This document shows, piece by piece, positions 20,290 to 29,270 of a DNA stretch of 64,000 nucleotides (positions within the stretch are counted from its first letter, which is position 1; the number at the start of each line of letters is the position of its first letter). The DNA lies in the NCBI GenBank assembly GCA_964350645.1, contig CAYGJY010000002.1:340936-404935 (forward strand), written 5' to 3'. The notes beneath the pieces are model-generated. The model was not told where the DNA came from. It saw nothing but the letters and a program-made list of their open reading frames with translations, and ran no database searches. The DNA comes from an uncultured Candidatus Saccharibacteria bacterium. Its GTDB lineage: Bacteria > Patescibacteriota > Minisyncoccia > Phycocordibacterales > UBA918. The position numbers were made by a program, and so were the translations under genes.

Positions 20290-20297
20290 TTACGGGG

Positions 20298-20340
20298 AGG
20301 AAAAGCGGTTGGGCACCTTTGGTGCCCACCCGCTTTTCCT
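20298..20340. terminator. Hairpin terminator
   Basis: 20-bp inverted repeat with one mismatch, TTT loop. Confidence 0.75.
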
Positions 20341-20384
20341 CATTAGCTGACAGCAAAACTGTCTAAGCAGGCTATAATAGAGTT

Positions 20385-20939
20385 ATGTCAGACGCAGCTA
20401 CACTAATGACCGGTCGGTTTGTTATACCTGAGCTGGTAGCAACTCATTTTCATGTTCGAGCTGGTGATACAGTGGGTGATTTTGGAGCGGGGAGCGGGTA
20501 TTTTATTAAAACGTTGGCGGAGTTGGTTGGTCCAACTGGCACAGTCTATGCCTGTGAAATTCAAAAAAACTTGGTTGAAACAATGGGTGAGTTGGCGCGC
20601 CGTGAAAACCTAGGCAATGTCAACGTACTCTGGGGAGATTGTGAAGAAGTGCATGGGTCAAAAATCCCAACTGATTCGCTCGATGTAGCCATTATGGTCA
20701 ATACTTTTTTTCAATTTGAAGACCAGGCTGGAGCGCTCATAGAAATAAAACGTTGTTTACGACCAGGGGGTAAACTCTTCATTATCGACTGGTCAGAATC
20801 ATTTGGTGGACTAGGTCCACAGCCTGATCAGGTCGTTACGAAGAGTGACGCTGAGGGAGTTGCCGTAACGGCAGGCTTTACCAAGGATCGTGACTTTGAC
20901 GCTGGCGACCATCATTATGGGTTGGCGTTTCGTATTTAA
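20385..20939 (+). CDS. Class I SAM-dependent methyltransferase
   Basis: VGDFGAGSGYF, LRPGGKLFIIDW. Confidence 0.88.
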   Translation: MSDAATLMTGRFVIPELVATHFHVRAGDTVGDFGAGSGYFIKTLAELVGPTGTVYACEIQKNLVETMGELARRENLGNVNVLWGDCEEVHGSKIPTDSLDVAIMVNTFFQFEDQAGALIEIKRCLRPGGKLFIIDWSESFGGLGPQPDQVVTKSDAEGVAVTAGFTKDRDFDAGDHHYGLAFRI

Positions 20940-20942
20940 AGT

Positions 20943-22250
20943 ATGTTAAACCTCCGTCCATTTCAAATCGCTATGCTCGCTCTATTTGGCGTATTGGGTG
21001 TTTTAGCGATTATGCTCTTGAGTGGTTTTTCACCTAACAATACGGCTGAACAAAAACGTTTTGGTGACAGAGTGGTTGTCTGGGGTACCTTACCAGCGCC
21101 GGCGTTCACAAAAGTACTTAGCGATTTAGGGAAGAGTGACAAAGCTTTTGATGTTATTTCATATCGTCAAGTCGACCCGCGTACGTTTAACGATACATTT
21201 GTCAATGCGATCGCTGAGGGACAGACACCCGATCTAGTCTTGTTACCCAACACAGAGCTCGTGCGTCAGCGAAGTAAGTTACTGGCGTTGTCATATGAGA
21301 CTGTCTCATTGCGTGATTATCGAGATCAGTTTGTTGATGGGGCAGAAATTTTTGCCTTAGCCGACGGACTGTATGCTCGACCGCTTGGAGTTGATCCGCT
21401 CGTGATGTACTGGAATCGAGATTTGTTATCGTCAAATGGTTTGGCTCAACCACCAACTACTTGGGAATACTTGGTAAGTACAGTAGTGCCAAGTCTTGTA
21501 GTTCGCGACAATGCGCGCAATGTGTCACAGGCTGCCGTTGCGATGGGTGAGTTTCGCAATGTACTCAATGCCAAGTCAGTGCTAGTGCTGCTCGCGATTC
21601 AGTCTGGTAGCCGCTTGGTATATGAAGAAAAAGGTCAGTATAAAATAGGCCTTAATGAATCTCTCAACAATGTCGGTACGCCGCCCTTGACCGCAGCTAC
21701 GCAGTTTTACACTACGTTTAACAATTCAAACAACCAGGTCTATACGTGGAACCGAGCTCAACCGCTTGACCGTAACGCTTTCGTTGCTGGCGATCTAGCA
21801 CTGTACTTTGGTTTCGGCAGCGAACTCGACACCATTAAGGCTCAAAATCCTAATCTCAATTTTGATGTCACATCAGTCCCACAAGGCGCCGCCGCTAGTG
21901 TAAAAAGAAGCTACGGTGTGTTTTATGGTTTTGCTATTCCAAAAGCCTCACCAAACCCACAGGGTGCGTATGCCGTAAGTACAATTTTAACGTCACCATC
22001 GGTCAGCGCTGTACTTAATAAAGAACTTGACCTGGCTCCAGTCGACCGCTCAGTGTTGGCGGCGGGCACCGCCGATGTTTTCCGTCAGACTATCTATAGT
22101 GATGCCTTAATTGCTCGAGGCTGGCTTGATCCAAATCAGAACGCGACAACCGAAGTATTCCAAAGTATGATTGAAGATATCAATGCTGGCCGCTCATCAG
22201 TGGGGGATGCTACTGGTGATGTTATTCAAAAAGTCCGCTTAGTGTTTTAA
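20943..22250 (+). CDS. Membrane-anchored extracellular solute-binding protein (SBP_bac_1-like)
   Basis: N-terminal TM; VVWG, GQTPDLV, LVMYWNRDL, FVAGDLALYFG, PNLNFDV. Confidence 0.8.
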   Translation: MLNLRPFQIAMLALFGVLGVLAIMLLSGFSPNNTAEQKRFGDRVVVWGTLPAPAFTKVLSDLGKSDKAFDVISYRQVDPRTFNDTFVNAIAEGQTPDLVLLPNTELVRQRSKLLALSYETVSLRDYRDQFVDGAEIFALADGLYARPLGVDPLVMYWNRDLLSSNGLAQPPTTWEYLVSTVVPSLVVRDNARNVSQAAVAMGEFRNVLNAKSVLVLLAIQSGSRLVYEEKGQYKIGLNESLNNVGTPPLTAATQFYTTFNNSNNQVYTWNRAQPLDRNAFVAGDLALYFGFGSELDTIKAQNPNLNFDVTSVPQGAAASVKRSYGVFYGFAIPKASPNPQGAYAVSTILTSPSVSAVLNKELDLAPVDRSVLAAGTADVFRQTIYSDALIARGWLDPNQNATTEVFQSMIEDINAGRSSVGDATGDVIQKVRLVF

Positions 22251-22252
22251 AT

Positions 22253-22780
22253 ATGAAGATAATAAAAAATTATATTCTCCTCATAGTGTGTGTTGTACTT
22301 TGCAATATCTTCTTTATGACAAACGTACAGGCGGCTACTTGTATTGACGCAGCTGGCGGTATTTTTGAAGCTGATGTTTGTCCAGGTACTCCACCTGTTA
22401 GTCCACCAGCTGATTCACCAGTCAGCCCACCAGCTGATTCACCAGTCAGCCCACCAGCTGATCCACCTGTCAGCCCAATTCGAGACGATGCCGACATTGT
22501 AAATTTCGGTGAGGGAGTATCGCTCATCGACCCAACCGGTAACAAGACTATCCCCCAGATATTCCAGGCCTTGCTTGATATTCTGATGGTCTTTGCGGTC
22601 CCAATTATCCTCTTCTTTATCATTTGGGCTGGATTCCTCTATGTCACCGCAGCCGGCAACGCTGAGCAAATCAAAAAAGCCCACAACGCGCTCTTATATG
22701 CGCTTATCGGTGGACTTTTAGTACTCGGTGCCAATGTTCTCTTGGCAGTTATCAGTAACACTATTAAAGCCTTTATATAA
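22253..22780 (+). CDS. VirB2/TrbC-like pilin with Pro-rich repeat linker
   Basis: Signal peptide; two TMs around AAGNAEQIKKA..LLYALIG. Confidence 0.75.
   Translation: MKIIKNYILLIVCVVLCNIFFMTNVQAATCIDAAGGIFEADVCPGTPPVSPPADSPVSPPADSPVSPPADPPVSPIRDDADIVNFGEGVSLIDPTGNKTIPQIFQALLDILMVFAVPIILFFIIWAGFLYVTAAGNAEQIKKAHNALLYALIGGLLVLGANVLLAVISNTIKAFI
22391..22477 (+). repeat. 24-nt coding tandem repeat, ~3.6 copies ([S/P]PVSPPAD)
   Basis: (T/C)CACC(A/T)GT(C/T)AG(C/T)CCACCAGCTGAT units at 22391, 22415, 22439, 22463. Confidence 0.9.
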
Positions 22781-22783
22781 AAT

Positions 22784-23062
22784 ATGAACCCGGATAACCC
22801 ACCATTTGATGCAGCTACTTCAGATTTTGCTTGGCTAACTGGCCAAGTAAGTGAGATCATCAATATTTTTGTGATCGTTATTTTCACCCTGACGTTTGTT
22901 TTTATGCTTTGGCAGATTATTAATGGTTTTATAATCAGCGGTGGTGACCAAGCAAAAGTAGCTGAGGCCAAAAAAACTATCGGATTCAGCTTTTTAATCC
23001 TGATTACCATGTCTGCAATTTGGGGGATTGTGGCCCTTTTGCGGACTTCAATTGTAGGCTGA
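22784..23062 (+). CDS. VirB2/TrbC-like pilin
   Basis: TM-GGDQAKVAEAKK-TM..WGIV. Confidence 0.7.
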   Translation: MNPDNPPFDAATSDFAWLTGQVSEIINIFVIVIFTLTFVFMLWQIINGFIISGGDQAKVAEAKKTIGFSFLILITMSAIWGIVALLRTSIVG

Positions 23063-23152
23063 GTTATTAACAACTCTGATAAATAGAGTGATTTCCTCTA
23101 AAAAATCCAGTATACTAATAAATATTAACGAAATAGCCAAGCAAAAGTACGT

Positions 23153-23518
23153 ATGAAAAAAATCCTTGCCCTAAGTTTCCTCCCGACCATTCTGTTGACA
23201 CCGCTGCTCGCAGCCGCTCAGTTTGGAGATGTGGACTTATTTGTGATTGAAATTGGGTTGTTTATAAACTCAACTCTCATCCCAATTTTACTCGCGGTCG
23301 CTTTCCTCGTGTTTATTGTCGGAGCAGTACGGTTCTTCCTTCTCGCCGGTGATGAGTACGACGATAATAAAAAGAAAGGTAAGTCACTGATGTTGTACGG
23401 TATTATTGGTTTTGTTTTGATTGTCAGTATTTGGGGAATTGTCAGACTCTTTTCTGATGGACTCGGGTTGCAAGATGATAACCTAGACAACGTACCGTTT
23501 GCGCCAACTTCAATCTAG
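23153..23518 (+). CDS. VirB2/TrbC-like pilin
   Basis: Signal peptide ending AAAQ; KKGKSLMLYGIIGF..SIWGIV. Confidence 0.75.
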   Translation: MKKILALSFLPTILLTPLLAAAQFGDVDLFVIEIGLFINSTLIPILLAVAFLVFIVGAVRFFLLAGDEYDDNKKKGKSLMLYGIIGFVLIVSIWGIVRLFSDGLGLQDDNLDNVPFAPTSI

Positions 23519-23544
23519 TAAACAATTAACCTTTTATAGAATTT

Positions 23545-23931
23545 ATGACTACAAAAATCTCAAAAATGTACTACGCGATCTGTCTGGCTTTGTTGACACC
23601 ACTCGTGTCATTTGCACAGTTTAACCGTGGTGACGATGGTATATCTGACTTTGGTGAACGGATCGTTGATTTTATCACCAACATCCTTACACCACTCGTA
23701 TTTGGTGTCGCTCTGCTACTGTTCATTTACGGTGTGTATCTCTACTTTATTCAAGGTGCTGAAGAGGATGATAGCCGTAAGACTGGTCGATCATACATCT
23801 TGTGGTCAATTATCGCTTTAGTGATCATGGTCTCAGTTTGGGGTATTACAAACCTCATCGCTAGTGGCTTTGGATTTAACGATCCTGACGCAATTGATGG
23901 ACTAATCCCAACAGCAGGAGAGGTTCGTTAA
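23545..23931 (+). CDS. VirB2/TrbC-like pilin
   Basis: Signal peptide ending SFAQ; RKTGRSYILWSIIAL..SVWGI. Confidence 0.75.
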   Translation: MTTKISKMYYAICLALLTPLVSFAQFNRGDDGISDFGERIVDFITNILTPLVFGVALLLFIYGVYLYFIQGAEEDDSRKTGRSYILWSIIALVIMVSVWGITNLIASGFGFNDPDAIDGLIPTAGEVR

Positions 23932-23942
23932 CGAGTTCCGTA

Positions 23943-24251
23943 ATGCTTGCCGTCCTCTCGTTTGTTGAATTGTATGTTTCACCATTCTTTGTTGCGGTCG
24001 CCCTCGCGTTCCTACTAAATGGTTTGGTAAACTATTTCATCATTGGCAATCTTGGCTTTGAGGAAGACCGTCGTGAAATGGGAAGACAGTCGCTCTTGTG
24101 GGCGGCTCTTTTCCTGCTGGTTGCTCTTGTATTGTTCGGTTTAACAAATTGGATCGTCTCTCTTGGTGAACGTATCGACGCTGAAGGAGATGTCGAGTAC
24201 CAAACTGGTGGTGATATCCTTAGGGTACCAAACACACCTACGATACAATAA
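23943..24251 (+). CDS. VirB2/TrbC-like pilin
   Basis: TM-REMGRQSLLWA-TM pattern shared with neighbours. Confidence 0.65.
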   Translation: MLAVLSFVELYVSPFFVAVALAFLLNGLVNYFIIGNLGFEEDRREMGRQSLLWAALFLLVALVLFGLTNWIVSLGERIDAEGDVEYQTGGDILRVPNTPTIQ

Positions 24252-24255
24252 CACT

Positions 24256-24591
24256 ATGATTGCTTACGCCTCAGATGCAGTGTGTGTTGCTCAAGATTTT
24301 CTTAAGATACTCAATGATGCGATTTTGTTTCCTCTCATCACACTTCTTTTGGCAGTAGCTTTTATTTGGTTCCTCTATGGAGGAATGAAATTTATCTGGA
24401 GTGCTAACAACCCAACAGAACGCGAAAATGGCCGGCAGCACATGCTGTACGGTATTATTGGTTTAGTAGTGATGACCTCGGCGGGAGCGATTCTCGCGAT
24501 CACGGCTAATTCTTTTGGGTTGTCGCCAACCGGACCGGAGTGTGTGATTGATCCAACTTCTGGACCTGACGGTATACCAGCTGATTTGTAA
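24256..24591 (+). CDS. VirB2/TrbC-like pilin
   Basis: AILFPLI..RENGRQHMLYGIIG; start taken at ATG 24256. Confidence 0.72.
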   Translation: MIAYASDAVCVAQDFLKILNDAILFPLITLLLAVAFIWFLYGGMKFIWSANNPTERENGRQHMLYGIIGLVVMTSAGAILAITANSFGLSPTGPECVIDPTSGPDGIPADL

Positions 24592-24715
24592 TATAAATAA
24601 GAAAGAGCTCATGGGGTCTTTCTTGTTAAGAAAGAACCATGAGCTCTGAGTTTCGGTGTCCGCCCTACGGGCGGCCACCGACTGTTTGGTTGAGGAAGAA
24701 CAAAGGGGATCGTCA

Positions 24716-25594
24716 TCATCCCCCTGTGCAGGTTGGGCTATCCTTCGACAGAGCGCTTATGCTCGTGACTTCAGGACTTGCCTTGATTTTATAGAGGCGA
24801 AGCTCGGGAAAGTACTCCGTCCGATCTTCCAGCTCCGCCTGGTCGGCGAAGCTATCAAAGCGGAGGCATCCCTGGTCGGGAATCTTGACCAGGAAGTCGA
24901 CCCCCGCGATGAAGATCATTTGACTCCCTACGGTCGGTTCGACCGGGATAGCGCCGACTTCGGTGTAGACGATGACCGCCACACCCTCGACCACCCGGAT
25001 CTCAAATCCGGGCGTCTTCATCACGTCCGCCAGCTCGACCTCTGCGTCAGACTGGAAGGGGTTGATATCCCAGCCAGTCAATCGCTCAATCGGTGCCTGC
25101 AAAGCGATGAGGAGGTGAAAGAAAATCACCAGGCCGGCAAACCAGAACACGATCCGTTCGAAGATCTTGCCAGGAATCTTCGAATTGGCCATTACTGCTC
25201 CAATAAGAAGGCCAAAGCAATACGTGTACCAGAAGGACATCGGCGCATCCTCGAAAGGAATCACCGATAAGTAGCCGAAGGTCCACCAGATGGCGATAAG
25301 AACACCATAGATAGCCTTGGCAAGGGTGTTGAGGCCGCTTTTGGCGCCCGCGACTCGATTTGTGTTGATGAGGGATCCCAGTCCCATAAAGGTCAGGACC
25401 GGCGTTGGCCCCAGGCCTTTGAAGATCACCCACATTCCTCCGAGGAGGAAGAACACTAGGTTCATCCACTTTACCCCGGCGATGTTAAGGCCCCAGCCGA
25501 TGATAACCATCAACTGAGACATAACCAGGATGATCAAGAGGGCTGTCCGCCAGTTGCTGGCGTAGGCCCCTAAGATCGATTTTGGAGTTGCCAT
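24716..25594 (-). CDS. Hypothetical multi-pass membrane protein with soluble C-terminal domain
   Basis: About 5-6 hydrophobic segments; AAAGGA SD-like motif upstream. Confidence 0.65.
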   Translation of the reverse strand: MATPKSILGAYASNWRTALLIILVMSQLMVIIGWGLNIAGVKWMNLVFFLLGGMWVIFKGLGPTPVLTFMGLGSLINTNRVAGAKSGLNTLAKAIYGVLIAIWWTFGYLSVIPFEDAPMSFWYTYCFGLLIGAVMANSKIPGKIFERIVFWFAGLVIFFHLLIALQAPIERLTGWDINPFQSDAEVELADVMKTPGFEIRVVEGVAVIVYTEVGAIPVEPTVGSQMIFIAGVDFLVKIPDQGCLRFDSFADQAELEDRTEYFPELRLYKIKASPEVTSISALSKDSPTCTGG

Positions 25595-25604
25595 GTTTTT
25601 TCCT

Positions 25605-26363
25605 TTACAGTTTGTCTGCGAGCATACGGAGGGTGCGTTTTATTACCCCTTCTTTTGAAGCTCGCATGTTGAGTCTGGTGCGATGTGCTCGTGTTGCACC
25701 AGCAACACGAGCAACCGCGCGATGTCTTCCGTTCCAGGCGGTCCTCACTCTGTCGTAGAGCGTTGTTTCGTCTGGGTCGGGCATATGGGGTAGACCCATC
25801 GCCCGTAGGTAGGCTGACACTGCCGCGTAGCCCGCGGCGGTATCGGGAGAGTTTTCGATCCGGCGGGCAAGCCCGCGCAAAAAGGTCAGCCCTCTGTCTG
25901 TAGAGTTCGCGTACGTCGGCCCGTTCCACTCGAACGAGATCGTGTTGGCGGGATTGCTTGGATCGACGAAGCTGAACTTCGACGTTGCGTCCCCGGTCTT
26001 TGCCGGGGTTACATCCATCCCGACAACAAATACTCGAAACTCTTCGAGTGCCTGACGAGCTTTCGCCCGCTCGAAGATGTCGCTCGCAGAGATTTTGAAC
26101 TCGAAAGGGATATACCCTTCTATGTGCGCTCTGTAACGAGCACTCAATCTCTCGACTAGGAGGCTGAACCTCCGTTCGTCGGTCCAGTCGGATTCTCCTC
26201 CCTCGTGAAGTTGTTCGACTCCAGGTTCTTCGTCTTTCTTCTTTTTTCCGAAGAGGTTGATGTGTCCACCACCAAAGTGGCGCAGACCTGAATCGAGCAA
26301 TGAGCCGATTTCAACGAGCTCCCAGACTTTGCGTGCCCAGTTTGTTTTACTGTCGTCTGCCAT
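25605..26363 (-). CDS. Hypothetical protein
   Basis: Long ORF with AAAGGGA SD-like motif before ATG 26363; 10 nt from the next gene. Confidence 0.6.
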   Translation of the reverse strand: MADDSKTNWARKVWELVEIGSLLDSGLRHFGGGHINLFGKKKKDEEPGVEQLHEGGESDWTDERRFSLLVERLSARYRAHIEGYIPFEFKISASDIFERAKARQALEEFRVFVVGMDVTPAKTGDATSKFSFVDPSNPANTISFEWNGPTYANSTDRGLTFLRGLARRIENSPDTAAGYAAVSAYLRAMGLPHMPDPDETTLYDRVRTAWNGRHRAVARVAGATRAHRTRLNMRASKEGVIKRTLRMLADKL

Positions 26364-26509
26364 GATATGTTCCCTTTTCAAGGATCTGTGCGGGGCCGAG
26401 GCCCTGCGTTGGTTTCTGTGGTCATCCCACTCTTTTCCAGTGCATTCCTTGGCCTCTCGTTAGAGAAGACGGAGTGCATTGGAAAATAGAGTGGGTCCAC
26501 TCAATCGAT

Positions 26510-26538
26510 ATAATAGCACAAAATTGACATAAAGTCAA
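26510..26538 (-). promoter_or_regulatory. Sigma70-type promoter for the 26363/25594 module
   Basis: TTGACT-17 bp-TATTAT with an extended TG. Confidence 0.6.
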
Positions 26539-26616
26539 GTAAATAGCCTTACAAATACGGCTTATAATAAGGTTAGATTGCTTATTTTTTCATTTTCTCC
26601 TATACTAGCCCACACT

Positions 26617-27645
26617 ATGAAGAAAGATCTCCGACCACGTGAAGAACAAAAGGCAGCTGTTGGTACTGACGGTATTCCGCGAGTTACCTTGTCATTTTAT
26701 AAATATGTCCACTTCGCCAGCCCAGAAGCGGTGCGTACAGAGCTTGTGGAGCGTTTTGGGGGTCTAGGTTGCTTAGGACGGATCTATGTTGCTCACGAGG
26801 GGATTAACGCGCAAATGAACGTTCCGGCGGAGCAGTTTGGACAGTTCCAGGCGTATTTAAAATCACGTGAATGGGGACGTGATATTCCTTTGAAGATCGC
26901 AGTTGAAGAAGGTGAGGCGCCGTCGTTTTATAAACTTACGATTAAGGTGCGGCCAAAGATCGTGGCTGATGGTCTTGATGACGCTAGTTTTGATGTGACT
27001 GATACTGGTGCGTATCTGACCGCACGTGAGATCAACGAGTACGTTGATGATCCTGAGGCAGTTGTAGTAGATATGCGCAATGCCTATGAAAGTGAAGTGG
27101 GACATTTTGAAGGCGCGGTGACACCAGATGTTGATACCTTTCGCGAAGAGTTGGCAGTTGCACCGGAGCTGCTAAAAATCCACAAGAACAAAAAGATTGC
27201 CCTCTACTGTACTGGCGGGATTCGCTGCGAGAAGGCCAGCGCCTGGTTGAAACACAATGGCTATACCGATGTACGACATCTCAAAGGTGGCATTATCGAC
27301 TACAAACACCAGGTTGAGCGAGAGGGTTTACCTAATAAATTTAAAGGCAAAAACTTCGTTTTTGATGAACGTCTCGGAGAGCGGATTGGTACTGAAATAA
27401 TTTCAGTCTGTCACCTGTGTAGTTCGGAAAAAAGTGATACCCATTATCATTGCAAGAACCAAGCCTGTCACGCGCTCTTTTTGGGTTGCGATCGATGTAT
27501 GAAACACAAGCGCGGTTATTGCTCGTATGTCTGTATGGCTTTTGACCAGTTGCCCAAATCAGCCAAGAAGTTGTTGACGCGGAAGAATTACATCCATAAA
27601 CCAGATCAATTCAAGAAACATCGCTTACGTAAGCGTATTGGGTAA
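26617..27645 (+). CDS. trhO: tRNA U34 hydroxylase TrhO (YceA, rhodanese domain)
   Basis: GRIYVAHEGINAQ, DMRNAYESEVGHF, YCTGGIRCEKAS, FKGKNFVFDER. Confidence 0.92.
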   Translation: MKKDLRPREEQKAAVGTDGIPRVTLSFYKYVHFASPEAVRTELVERFGGLGCLGRIYVAHEGINAQMNVPAEQFGQFQAYLKSREWGRDIPLKIAVEEGEAPSFYKLTIKVRPKIVADGLDDASFDVTDTGAYLTAREINEYVDDPEAVVVDMRNAYESEVGHFEGAVTPDVDTFREELAVAPELLKIHKNKKIALYCTGGIRCEKASAWLKHNGYTDVRHLKGGIIDYKHQVEREGLPNKFKGKNFVFDERLGERIGTEIISVCHLCSSEKSDTHYHCKNQACHALFLGCDRCMKHKRGYCSYVCMAFDQLPKSAKKLLTRKNYIHKPDQFKKHRLRKRIG

Positions 27646-27652
27646 GAGAAGT

Positions 27653-27685
27653 AAAACAGCCGGCGCCAAAGGCGCCGGCTGTTTT
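27653..27685. terminator. Bidirectional terminator
   Basis: 15-bp inverted repeat, AAA loop. Confidence 0.8.
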
Positions 27686-27688
27686 GTG

Positions 27689-27707
27689 TGAGGCCAGGAC
27701 GAGATTC
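27689..27707 (-). repeat. 19-bp direct duplicate of the tRNA-Cys 3' end
   Basis: TGAGGCCAGGACGAGATTC at 27689-27707 is identical to 27806-27824. Confidence 0.9.
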
Positions 27708-27807
27708 TTTCATTACATGAACAGTGTAGGTTGTCGCTTTACAAGCAGGCAACCTTTTCGAATCTCTTGGCCAAAATAAAACCACACTAACGTGCAGTTT
27801 TACTTTG

Positions 27808-27880
27808 AGGCCAGGACGAGATTCGAACCCGTGCGTGTCGGTTTTGCAAACCGATGCGTTAACCACTTCGCCACCTGGCC
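27808..27880 (-). tRNA. tRNA-Cys (GCA)
   Basis: Cloverleaf; anticodon loop TTGCAAA; U73 discriminator. Confidence 0.95.
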
Positions 27881-27949
27881 TAGTGCAGGATACTGTAGCA
27901 TTTTACCCTTACATCACCAAGCATTTGTGCTATGATTGCACCCACTCTT

Positions 27950-28034
27950 GCCCGGGTGGTGGAATCGGTAGACACGAGGGACTTAAAATCCCTTGCCTTA
28001 AAACAGCGTGCGGGTTCAAGTCCCGCCCCGGGCA
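27950..28034 (+). tRNA. tRNA-Leu (TAA)
   Basis: Cloverleaf with long variable arm; loop CTTAAAA. Confidence 0.95.
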
Positions 28035-28086
28035 CAAAAGTCTTGTTTTAGAGACTTTTATACGGTAGACTCAGGGCCACAAATAT

Positions 28087-28159
28087 CCGCCCTTAGCTCA
28101 GTTGGTAGAGCAGCTCCCTCTTAAGGAGATGGTCCTAGGTTCGAGCCCTAGAGGGCGGA
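28087..28159 (+). tRNA. tRNA-Lys (CTT)
   Basis: TAGCTCAGTTGGTAGAGC D-arm; loop CTCTTAA. Confidence 0.93.
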
Positions 28160-28178
28160 CAACAATCGAATATATTGT

Positions 28179-28260
28179 GCGGGTGTGGCGGAATTGGTAG
28201 ACGCGCTAGTTTTAGGCACTAGTGGAGCAATCTGTGGAGGTTCAAGTCCTCTCGCCCGCA
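28179..28260 (+). tRNA. tRNA-Leu (TAG)
   Basis: Cloverleaf with variable arm; loop TTTAGGC. Confidence 0.95.
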
Positions 28261-28339
28261 CAGTGTATTTGATTTTGGCAGGCAAGCTGCTGACGACGAG
28301 GGCATCAGTCGATGCGCTACGTGATTATTCTCTCCCAGT

Positions 28340-28897
28340 ATGAAAAAAATAATTTGGGTTTTTGGTAACGCTGCAGTTGGAAAAGAGTCTTTCATTAGGT
28401 GCCTAGTACAGTCACATGATGGACAGATATATTCTAGTGTTGGTATCGTTACAAATTCTATTACTGTTATTGAAGAGAGCATAAGTTGGGTTGCTTACGA
28501 ACCAGAGCATCCAACGAAAGGCTTGAGGCTAACGTTGCCTGATGTACTACGTGCGCGGTGTCAGGCGTCAGCAACTGACGATGCTACCTTTGTACTTAAG
28601 GGTCAGTTTGTTGATCTTGAAGCAAAACTGCCCGAAATAACAAAACACCTACTCCCAGAGGCTGAGCATACTATTGTGTATCTTGATGCATCACCAACCG
28701 ATATTTTTGCCAGGTTAAAAACTAAGTCGTGGTTCAAAGAATCTTTTACAATTGAGCGTGTTAGGAGACTGCTCCGTTACGAAGTGGGTCTACTCAAAAA
28801 GGTGCAGCAGACAGTTCCGATTACCGTGGTGGAATCAGGTAACGACTTTACGTATCGAGTAAAAAATACACCTGAAAATATTTCAGAGTATTATTAG
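28340..28897 (+). CDS. P-loop NTPase, nucleotide-kinase-like
   Basis: WVFGNAAVGKES Walker-A-like; IVYLDASP..R lid motif. Confidence 0.6.
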   Translation: MKKIIWVFGNAAVGKESFIRCLVQSHDGQIYSSVGIVTNSITVIEESISWVAYEPEHPTKGLRLTLPDVLRARCQASATDDATFVLKGQFVDLEAKLPEITKHLLPEAEHTIVYLDASPTDIFARLKTKSWFKESFTIERVRRLLRYEVGLLKKVQQTVPITVVESGNDFTYRVKNTPENISEYY

Positions 28898-29268
28898 TTT
28901 TTATCAGTGGGTTTTAAGCCTTCAAACGTTGACTCAATTCCGGCTTCTTGGACTAACTCATCGATGTGTTGACGGTGGCGTTCGCCAGCATCAAGCATGA
29001 ACTCTAAGTGAGGGATGATCTTCAAGTCACTTTTCTTTTTTATAAAATGTCGGAGTTCTTTGGCGTTGCGCTGAAGAAAGATTTGAGCGTCTGCTTCACG
29101 ACCTTCGGGCAGTGTAGTAAACATAATCGACACTTTACGATAGTCGGGTGACGTCGATACGTTCGTGATGGTAATTAGAGGATCGGTGTTGGCTTCGTGT
29201 TGGATGAAGGTCGCAGCCATTTCACGGATGAGGGATTCAACTCGCTGGTGTCGGTCTGAAGCGGGCAT
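28894..29268 (-). CDS. rbfA: Ribosome-binding factor A
   Basis: R..RVESLI, ITITNV..SPD, IPHLEF.LD; downstream of infB. Confidence 0.9.
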   Translation of the reverse strand: MPASDRHQRVESLIREMAATFIQHEANTDPLITITNVSTSPDYRKVSIMFTTLPEGREADAQIFLQRNAKELRHFIKKKSDLKIIPHLEFMLDAGERHRQHIDELVQEAGIESTFEGLKPTDKN

Positions 29269-29270
29269 AC

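Noticed and set aside
24656-25270. 204-aa plus-strand ORF
   Set aside because: Overlaps the minus-strand membrane protein, which has the SD motif, operon context and promoter.
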